Origin: Nitrospirota bacterium
GTDB taxonomy: Bacteria; Nitrospirota; UBA9217
NCBI GenBank assembly: GCA_963749655.1
Contig: CAVVOB010000028.1
Coordinates: 192,001-256,000, forward strand
Direction of reading: 5' to 3'
Length of the DNA: 64,000 nucleotides
The number at the start of each line of letters is the position of its first letter. The stretch's first letter is position 1. The notes under the pieces were generated by a model that ran no database searches, was not told where the DNA came from, and was given only the letters and a program-made list of their open reading frames with translations. Shown in pieces: positions 56,876 to 64,000 of the stretch. The position numbers and the translations under genes were made by a program.

Positions 56876-57627
56876 TCAGCTTTCCTTGATCCTCTTCTTC
56901 ACCCGGTCCCAGGACCGGGTGATCAGGAAACTCTCTTCCATGTTGGCGACCATGCGTCTGAATTTATTCATGGGTACGGCGAAGGTCAGCGTTTCTTTCG
57001 GAACAAAGGGCCGGGCGGAGATATCGAACATGCCGATCACGGCGCGGGGGCGGGCGGCGCTCTTCTCCAGACAGGGATACAAAACCATCGAGCCGCAGCC
57101 TGCTGAAAAGGGGCAGAAAACACCATTGGGCTCTGCTTCGCCGTAATTGGCCAGGGTGAAGAGGCCGGACAGAACGTCCGGTGCTGCGAAAAAAACCACG
57201 GCTTCAGGTTCGTCTGCTGTTTCGAGCGCATCGAACCGTTTGAAAACAATGAGGGGTGCGGGCGCCTTGAACTTCGGCGCCATCCGCATCATCTCCCTGA
57301 CGATCTCGGGAGATTTCTTGTAGCGCTCGCCTTCGAGCTTGCCGGGAATGCCGCAGGACAGAAAATATTCAAACGTGGGGCCGGTCTCGTCGCTGAACCC
57401 CGCATACCGCTTTCCTCCGCCGCACCCGATCGAGTCAACATCAAGGAAAGCGGTTTTCCTTTCCGGACGGTCGCCAGCACGCCGATCATGCACTGGTGAC
57501 CGGAGGGCGGCGGAACCTTCGCGGTACCGTCATGCCTGCCTGCATAGTAAAAGGCGATGGGCAGTTCCGCATCGCCGAAGTACCTGCTCCACTGCTCCAG
57601 AAATCTCGTTTTCAGCGCTGGTTCCAT
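56876..57627 (-). CDS. DUF169 family protein (one indel at ~57445)
   Basis: ELPI.FYY, 'C.GG..Y.G', 'FLS.GIPG..EGERY.K', 'PD.LSGLFTLAN', 'GC', 'G.FD.SARP'. ORFs 57289..57627 and 56876..57493 are its fragments. Confidence 0.8.
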
Positions 57628-57684
57628 GATTTCCCCCGTTCGGAATTGATCGCCGAAATTCCCGCACGAGAAAGAGACTGCCGG

Positions 57685-58842
57685 TCAGGAGCGTCGTCTG
57701 TGACCTCCGGTCCTCCGCTCTTTGCCGCTTCGCCGCTCGGGACCGTCGTAATCCGGATCGTTGAATTGCCGCCGGTCTTCCCCTGTCCGCCTTTCCTCCC
57801 AGGCCCGTCGCTCCTTTTTCAGCCGCTTATGGACCAACTCGAACAGTATCTGTCGTCTTTCCAGAAGGAGGGTCCGGTGCTTTGTTTTGCTGCGGACATC
57901 CTGCAACTGCAGCTCGAATTGATGGTCCGTGAGCAGCGAAATGAGAAGCTGCTCGATCCTGGTAAAAGCCTTCTTTTCTTCGTCATGGGTCCTGTCTTTT
58001 TTCCCCGAGATCGCGGCCAGACATTCCCCGATCCCGCCTGCAAACTTGCTGCTGTGGTCATAGACGGCGCCGTAAAGCCGGCTCAGGGCGCGGGTGTCTT
58101 CACGAAAGACCTCGGCGATCTCCTGGGAAAGGATATCGACGTCGTGCTTTGCCTTTTCGAGGTCTTTTTTCGTGATCTGCCCCTGGTGCAGCGCATTCCT
58201 GAGGTCCTCTTTGAACGACGCCTTGATTTCGTCGATCTGCTGCTGCTCTTCTTCCCGTGTTTTTTCGACGTCCGAAAGAACGGCCTTCGCCGTCTCACAG
58301 AGCTGCTCGATCTTGACAAGATTGTCCCGGACATAGAACGCGATGCGTTCAAGCTCGTCCGCCAGGACCTGCCGCTGTCGCTTGAGCTTGACCAGAAGCG
58401 TTTTCCGCTCATCGACCATGTCACGAAGCCTGATCGCCCGCTCCGTCTGTCGAGCGCCCGCTTTCAACGCGGCCAGCTCTTCCTCAGCGGACTTGATGAA
58501 CACCTCGGGCTTCCTGAGATCGAGACTGAGAAAGGTATGAAGATGATACAAATACTGCTCCACGGCCGTTTTGAGTCCGGGGCTGAAGAAACAGGTGTGG
58601 CTCAACACGCTCAGGCAGGCCCTCTCCGAAAAGCCTTTGCCGACGACGCCGAACCGCTCCGGGCCTTCAAAGGTCAGGATAGTATCGAGCTGTTTTGCAT
58701 AAGGCGCCAGGTCTTCGCCATGCTTCTCCGGCCGGCCCTCTTTTTTCGGGCTTTCGAGGAAGATACGGATGTCCTCCGGCGAGGGCAAAAGGTCGTCGCC
58801 TGATCCGAAACGCAGGCCGAATATGTGTTTATCGTTCATCAT
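57685..58842 (-). CDS. Coiled-coil hypothetical protein with C-terminal Arg-rich [DE]RR repeats
   Basis: Helical body; tail ERRAWEERRTGEDRRQFNDPDYDGPERRSGKERR. Confidence 0.75.
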   Translation of the reverse strand: MMNDKHIFGLRFGSGDDLLPSPEDIRIFLESPKKEGRPEKHGEDLAPYAKQLDTILTFEGPERFGVVGKGFSERACLSVLSHTCFFSPGLKTAVEQYLYHLHTFLSLDLRKPEVFIKSAEEELAALKAGARQTERAIRLRDMVDERKTLLVKLKRQRQVLADELERIAFYVRDNLVKIEQLCETAKAVLSDVEKTREEEQQQIDEIKASFKEDLRNALHQGQITKKDLEKAKHDVDILSQEIAEVFREDTRALSRLYGAVYDHSSKFAGGIGECLAAISGKKDRTHDEEKKAFTRIEQLLISLLTDHQFELQLQDVRSKTKHRTLLLERRQILFELVHKRLKKERRAWEERRTGEDRRQFNDPDYDGPERRSGKERRTGGHRRRS

Positions 58843-59149
58843 CTCACAAGTAATGGTATAGAGGGTAACATGCTGTGCCAGGTGCGATCTTAGCCGCTGT
58901 CATCGGGGCCTCATATAAAAAAGAACGCGCACGCGGGGACGCCGGCGTACATGATCCTTTTCTTGCATATTGTTCTTAGTTTATTTTTCGAGACCTTTAC
59001 TATGACTGCCAGCTGGGAAGCGAGGCAGGATTCTCGGACAGAAACATGATCGCTGAAGCTATCTTACTGAACTGCAGGCGTTCGGTCAAGTGCGATGTGA
59101 CATTCCGCCCGTGAAGGCCACTGTGTCCGGTAGGCCTTCACCTGCCGCG

Positions 59150-60736
59150 TCATATCATATACGTGGAATCCACAGAGGGAACGGCCGCCCGCTTTTTCAC
59201 CTTGTGGTCTTCGTTCGCGGCCGCGTGCTCGAGGATCTTGTACACCGATTCCACAGCCTCTTCGGCGTTAACGGCGCGTGCGATTGCATCTGCGGAAAAG
59301 GCGGTCCCGGCGTTCCTGCGCAGATAGGCAAGGACCTCGCCCTGAAGCTTGATGACGGCGCCGGCCATCGTCTTGCCTGCTTCCACGCCGGGCTGATGAT
59401 AGGCATTGATATTCACCAGCGTTGCATAGAATCCGACGGCCCGTTCATAAAGCGCGATCAGCGCACCGATCGAGGACGCGTCGAGCCCGTTCAAGGTAAT
59501 CGTAATCGATGTGCGCCCCTTTTCATACAGCGCATTCCGGGTCCCGTGGAGATAACTGCTCAGGTAATCTCCGCTCGTCACGTCCGGCTCCACTTCGATC
59601 GACGGCACATTCTGGTCCTTCAGGATCTCGATGAAGGTCGCAAAGAAGTTGTTCAGTCCGTCCCGCAGCTGCTGGACATAGGCATGCTGGTCGGTTGTGC
59701 CCTTGTTGCCGTAGACCGCGATCCCCTGATGCACCGTCTTTCCATCGAGGTCCTTTTCTTTTCCGAGGGATTCCATCACCAGCTGCTGCAGATACTTGGG
59801 GAACAGCACAAGCCGGTCCTTGTACGGCAAAATCACCATATCCTTCCGTCCTGCGCCTCCGCCGGCGCAGTGCCAGGAAAGCGCCAGAAGCGCCGCGGGA
59901 TTGCCGAGGGTTTTCCTGCTCCGGGTGATCTCATCACACCCTGCTGCGCCTTTCAGGAGTCCTTCGATGTCCAGCCCCTGAAGAGCGGCAGGCAGGAGCC
60001 CTACGGCCGAGGTCGCGGAAGTTCTCCCGCCGACCCAGTCCCACATGGGGAATCTGGCAAGCCATCCGCCCTTCTCCGCCGCAACGTCGAGTTTGCTTCC
60101 CGCTCCGGTCACGGCCACCGCATGCTTCTCGAATGAAAGGCCTGCGCTGCGATACGCAGCGGCGACCTCGAGCATCCCGTTCCGGGTTTCCGTGGTGCCC
60201 CCGCTTTTCGAGATCACGATGGTGAGCGTTTCATCGAGGCCGCTCCCGATGCGCGCCAGAACGCGGCGCATCCCGTCCGGGTCCGTATTATCAAGGAACA
60301 GCGGCTCCATCTTGTCGGATACCGACCCCAGCGCGTCGGCGATGAACTGCGGACCGAGGGCCGAACCGCCTATGCCGATGCTCAAAAATCGTGTGAAGCG
60401 GCCTCCCGGCCGCGGACCAATTTTCCCCGCATGTACGGCAGCGGCAAAATCGCCGACCTTCCGGACCGTGTCGATGATCAGTCGTCGCAGCTCCGGGTCG
60501 GGCGCCCGCTCCGGGTTTCGCAGCCAGTAGTGGCCGACCATGCGGCTCTCATCGGGATTTGCAATGGCGCCGGACTCAAGAGCCTCCATAGCGTCGTACG
60601 CCTGTCTGATTGCGGGCTCCATCCCTGACAGGTATTCATCAGAAAGCCCCATCCGGCTGATGTCGAGCGCCAGTCCGATGGAAGGACATTCGCACAGGTA
60701 TTTTTTGTATCGTTCCCAAAGCGATCTGTTGTTCAT
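59150..60736 (-). CDS. pgi: Glucose-6-phosphate isomerase
   Basis: [44 protein letters not shown]. Confidence 0.95.
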   Translation of the reverse strand: MNNRSLWERYKKYLCECPSIGLALDISRMGLSDEYLSGMEPAIRQAYDAMEALESGAIANPDESRMVGHYWLRNPERAPDPELRRLIIDTVRKVGDFAAAVHAGKIGPRPGGRFTRFLSIGIGGSALGPQFIADALGSVSDKMEPLFLDNTDPDGMRRVLARIGSGLDETLTIVISKSGGTTETRNGMLEVAAAYRSAGLSFEKHAVAVTGAGSKLDVAAEKGGWLARFPMWDWVGGRTSATSAVGLLPAALQGLDIEGLLKGAAGCDEITRSRKTLGNPAALLALSWHCAGGGAGRKDMVILPYKDRLVLFPKYLQQLVMESLGKEKDLDGKTVHQGIAVYGNKGTTDQHAYVQQLRDGLNNFFATFIEILKDQNVPSIEVEPDVTSGDYLSSYLHGTRNALYEKGRTSITITLNGLDASSIGALIALYERAVGFYATLVNINAYHQPGVEAGKTMAGAVIKLQGEVLAYLRRNAGTAFSADAIARAVNAEEAVESVYKILEHAAANEDHKVKKRAAVPSVDSTYMI

Positions 60737-60836
60737 GATATCATCCTTTATCGATAATGACACGACGATGCGTTATGAATGCATATGCCCCGGCACTGGG
60801 CGAAGACGGATCGAGTTCCTGTCTGAGGCCCGGAGA

Positions 60837-61082
60837 TCATTCGTCCTTCCCGTAAACAGCACGGATTCTTTTGCCGAGCTCCCGTAGTGCGTCGGGAAAG
60901 GACATGCCCTGGTCCATGATCTCGCGCACCACCTCTGCCTTGCTCAGGGCCTCGATGACAGCGTTCTGTTCGGCAACCACCCCGCAGGCATTCTCGCCCC
61001 TGGCGAGCTGTTCCTGAATGCACGCTTCCAACTGGTCCAGGCCGTATTGCTCCGTCAACTTCTTCAGTTCTTTTGTTTCCAT
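60837..61082 (-). CDS. Small hypothetical protein (81 aa)
   Basis: METKELK...L.KA..VR..M..G....DALRELG.RIR; coding-like composition. Confidence 0.65.
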   Translation of the reverse strand: METKELKKLTEQYGLDQLEACIQEQLARGENACGVVAEQNAVIEALSKAEVVREIMDQGMSFPDALRELGKRIRAVYGKDE

Positions 61083-61157
61083 GGCAGTATGAGAAGGATG
61101 GTTGTATTTTATCATAAATGTGCTTTCTGATGCAGTTGTTTTCCCTTTCCCCGCCAT

Positions 61158-61186
61158 TTGACAGATGGCGCATCCGCTGGTAGACT
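61158..61186 (+). promoter_or_regulatory. Sigma70-like promoter TTGACA-17-TAGACT, 7 nt before ATG (leaderless candidate)
   Basis: ttgaca 61158-61163, tagact 61181-61186, ATG 61194. Confidence 0.6.
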
Positions 61187-61193
61187 TGTGCCT

Positions 61194-61478
61194 ATGGTTG
61201 ATCACCTTTCCGCTGATAAACTCGAGCTGGTCCACTGCGTGTCTGATTTGGTGGAAAAGAGCCGGCTGTGGGTGGAGATCGCGCGTCTCGGCATGACCAG
61301 GGAATTCATCGAGAAAAGCGACAACCTCTATGCCCGGATCATGATGGAGCTCGATTTCATTGAAGCCCATGCGCCTTCATCGGTCATGGAGGCAAAAAAG
61401 CTCAAATCCCTCGCAGCAGCAATGTCTCTCAGAGAGCAGCATTCGCAGACCCTGCCGAACCGCTTGCGCGTTGCCTGA
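61194..61478 (+). CDS. Hypothetical protein (94 aa)
   Basis: ORF starting just after a consensus-like promoter. Confidence 0.55.
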   Translation: MVDHLSADKLELVHCVSDLVEKSRLWVEIARLGMTREFIEKSDNLYARIMMELDFIEAHAPSSVMEAKKLKSLAAAMSLREQHSQTLPNRLRVA

Positions 61479-61951
61479 CCAGCCCTCCGATCTTTTGTTC
61501 CTTTGCCTGATGCTTCCGGTGTTGATCCGCGCTTTGAATATGCGTATTAACCTTCCGGGAGATGCAGTGATATCGCTGAAAAAGAATCATGCCATAGTAT
61601 GACCAGGGAACCCTCACCAAGAGACGAATTCAGCGTAGGTAGATATTTCTCGCGGCACGTGCAGCGTATGTGGCGACCTGCTGAACTATTTCACCGCAAA
61701 GGGTACCTTAGTTAACCTGATACTTAAGACTGTGTTTAAAAAGCTGTTCGCTTCGCAACGTAAAAGTTACATCAGCGCGACCAAATACTCAGACCAGATC
61801 TTTTTACACCATCAAGCTTCCGTCTTCGCTGCGACCGCACGCACTCTCACAATCATCAAAGATGAGAGCCCCGCTGTTTTTTTTTCAAAAAACGCAAGCA
61901 CACTGTCACAAAATCCTTTTTCGGGCTTCACTGTTTGTGGTAATATAGCCC

Positions 61952-63322
61952 ATGATTGAACAGGACACCATCTGCGCGGTCTCCACGCCGCCGGGCGACG
62001 GCGGCATCGGCATCATTCGTTTGAGCGGCCGGCAGGCCATTGCACTGGCTGCGGTTCTGTTCAAACCGCAGCGGGACAAGGTGATCGCAGACGCAGCGAG
62101 CCACACGCTCCATTACGGCCACGTTGTTGATCCCGGTACGGGAGAAGTGATCGACGAGGCATTGGTCAGCGTCATGCGCGCGCCGGCTACCTACACGCGA
62201 GAAGATGTTGTTGAGTTCAACTGCCACGGCGGCATGATGCCGCTTCGGCGGACCATGGAATTGCTCATCAGGACAGGCGCGCGGCAGGCAGAGCCCGGCG
62301 AATTCACACGCCGCGCTTTTCTGAACGGAAGAATAGACCTTGCTCAGGCCGAGGCGGTGATGGACACCATCAGGGCCCGGACCGACCTGTGCCTCAGGGC
62401 GGCGAACGAGCAGCTCCGCGGCGGTCTCTCGGCGGAGGTATCGACGCTCCGTGAGCGCCTCCTGTCAATCATCGTATCGGTCGAGGCGGGCATCGATTTT
62501 CCCGAGGAAGATATAGAGACCGAATCAGGCAGGCCGCTTGCCGAGCTCATAAGGGGGGTCGTTTCCGGCATTGACGATCTGCTTGCGGGATACAATTACG
62601 GAAGGATTCTCCGCAGCGGCTTTGCCGCCGCCATCGTGGGCAGACCGAACGTGGGAAAATCCTCGCTCCTGAACGCGCTGCTCAAACAGGACCGGGCAAT
62701 CGTCACCGAGGTGCCGGGTACGACCCGTGACGTGCTTGAGGAATACGTGAATGTTTCCGGCATTCCACTCCGCATCCTCGACACGGCAGGCATCAGGCAC
62801 TCCCATGATATTGTAGAGCAGGAGGGGGTCCGCAGGAGCCTGGCGGCAATCGCTTCAGCGGACATTGTTCTGGTCGTTCTCGACGGATCAATGCCGCTGA
62901 CCGCTGACGACCGGCGTGTGCTCCACGAGGTGAAAGGGAGAAGCACCATCGCGGTCATCAATAAATCCGACCTTGACCGGCAGCTCGAAGGCATCGATTG
63001 GCCCGATACCCGGGTCTCGGTATCCTGCCGCAGGAACGATGGACTTGACGACCTCAAGAAGGCGATCGCCGACAAGGTTCATACAGGCGCTGTAAAATCG
63101 CCGGCCCATGCCTGGGCCGTGAACCAGCGCCACAGGACAGCGCTGCAAAAGACCCGTGACAGCCTGCAGTCGGCCCTCGCGTCGGTCGAAAGCAGCCTTT
63201 CGCCGGAGTTTGTAGCCGTGGATCTGCGCGGAGCGCTCGACAGCCTGGGTCTCATTACCGGCGCAACGCATACGGAAGACATTCTCGAGCGGATATTCAG
63301 CGATTTTTGCATCGGCAAATAG
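61952..63322 (+). CDS. mnmE: tRNA modification GTPase MnmE
   Basis: DTI.A.STP.G.GGI...R.SG, GEFT.RAF.NG, GRPNVGKSSL, GTTRD, DTAG, NKSD, FCIGK. Confidence 0.97.
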   Translation: MIEQDTICAVSTPPGDGGIGIIRLSGRQAIALAAVLFKPQRDKVIADAASHTLHYGHVVDPGTGEVIDEALVSVMRAPATYTREDVVEFNCHGGMMPLRRTMELLIRTGARQAEPGEFTRRAFLNGRIDLAQAEAVMDTIRARTDLCLRAANEQLRGGLSAEVSTLRERLLSIIVSVEAGIDFPEEDIETESGRPLAELIRGVVSGIDDLLAGYNYGRILRSGFAAAIVGRPNVGKSSLLNALLKQDRAIVTEVPGTTRDVLEEYVNVSGIPLRILDTAGIRHSHDIVEQEGVRRSLAAIASADIVLVVLDGSMPLTADDRRVLHEVKGRSTIAVINKSDLDRQLEGIDWPDTRVSVSCRRNDGLDDLKKAIADKVHTGAVKSPAHAWAVNQRHRTALQKTRDSLQSALASVESSLSPEFVAVDLRGALDSLGLITGATHTEDILERIFSDFCIGK

Positions 63323-63384
63323 CCGTCTGCCATAGGGAACGGCTGATCAAGGTAAGTTGAATTGATGTATACGTTTTATCAACT

Positions 63385-64000
63385 ATGTCTTCTTCTGGAA
63401 ACTACGACATAATCGTTATCGGCGCAGGACATGCCGGTTGTGAGGCTGCTCTCGCAGCCGCGCGCATGGGATGCGACACGCTCATGCTCACGATGAACCT
63501 CGACAGCATCGCGCTCATGTCCTGCAACCCGGCGATCGGCGGCCTGGCCAAGGGACATCTCGTAAAGGAGATCGATGCACTCGGCGGCGAGATGGCACGG
63601 ATCATTGACCGCACCGGAATCCAGTTCCGCATTCTGAACAGGAGCAAAGGGCCTGCAGTACACGGCACGCGCGCCCAGGCGGACAAACAGCGGTATCGCC
63701 TCGCGATGAAAGAGTCGGTCGAGAAGCAGAATCGCCTTGACGTCAAACAGGGTCTGGTCGAACGGCTCCTGATTGAGGACGGCAGTGTTGTCGGCGTGGA
63801 AACGAACATCGGCGTCCAGTACCTGTCTTCATCGGTGATCATTACGACCGGAACGTTCCTGAAGGGTCTCATTCATATCGGACTGGTGAATTATCCGTCA
63901 GGCAGGGCAGGGGAGTTCCCCTCTGTCGGCCTTTCGGACTGTTTGCGCGAACTCGGGTTTGAAATCAGCAGGCTCAAGACCGGTACACCGGCACGCTTGA
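63385..64000 (+). CDS. mnmG: tRNA uridine-5-carboxymethylaminomethyl synthesis enzyme MnmG (runs off the window)
   Basis: Read manually: [22 protein letters not shown]...[24 protein letters not shown]...KGPAV...RAQAD...RLKTGTP. Confidence 0.96.
   Translation, partial: MSSSGNYDIIVIGAGHAGCEAALAAARMGCDTLMLTMNLDSIALMSCNPAIGGLAKGHLVKEIDALGGEMARIIDRTGIQFRILNRSKGPAVHGTRAQADKQRYRLAMKESVEKQNRLDVKQGLVERLLIEDGSVVGVETNIGVQYLSSSVIITTGTFLKGLIHIGLVNYPSGRAGEFPSVGLSDCLRELGFEISRLKTGTPARL

Noticed and set aside
61480-61950. oriC near mnmE-mnmG
   Set aside because: No TTATCCACA-like DnaA box cluster was seen, and dnaA/rpmH/yidC are not adjacent.

Overview
A GC-rich bacterial chromosomal segment made up mostly of housekeeping genes. 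The gene content and order (romR-valS-nadC-birA-coaX, mfd followed by PPIases, mnmE-mnmG) suggest a Nitrospirota/Desulfobacterota-like organism; this is inference. Main contents: (i) a MalT-type STAND NTPase/TPR/SARP(wHTH-BTAD) regulator upstream of a 62-aa microprotein and a beta-helix lipoprotein; (ii) aconitase, icd, prpE, pgi, a galT-family gene and cofactor/tRNA genes; (iii) a PatA-CheY-CheW-MCP-CheA-CheW-CheW chemosensory cluster ending in a RomR-like regulator; (iv) system II cytochrome c biogenesis genes, HU, two Slp lipoproteins, ftsH, a GAF/HD-GYP protein and dksA; (v) a ~3.6-kb AT-rich island integrated at tRNA-Val(CAC). The island carries an ApeA-like HEPN protein with a small Cys-rich partner, an orphan GHKL-type ATPase domain, a Phd-like gene and a catalytic-domain-only tyrosine recombinase whose ORF runs through the att site. 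Several intergenic inverted-repeat elements have arms built from 7- or 9/10-nt tandem units, and one heptamer tract sits in frame inside valS. Five sigma70-like promoters abut start codons (candidate leaderless mRNAs). Five genes, including essential valS, carry single-base indels that are most likely sequencing or assembly errors. No CRISPR array or rRNA was seen.
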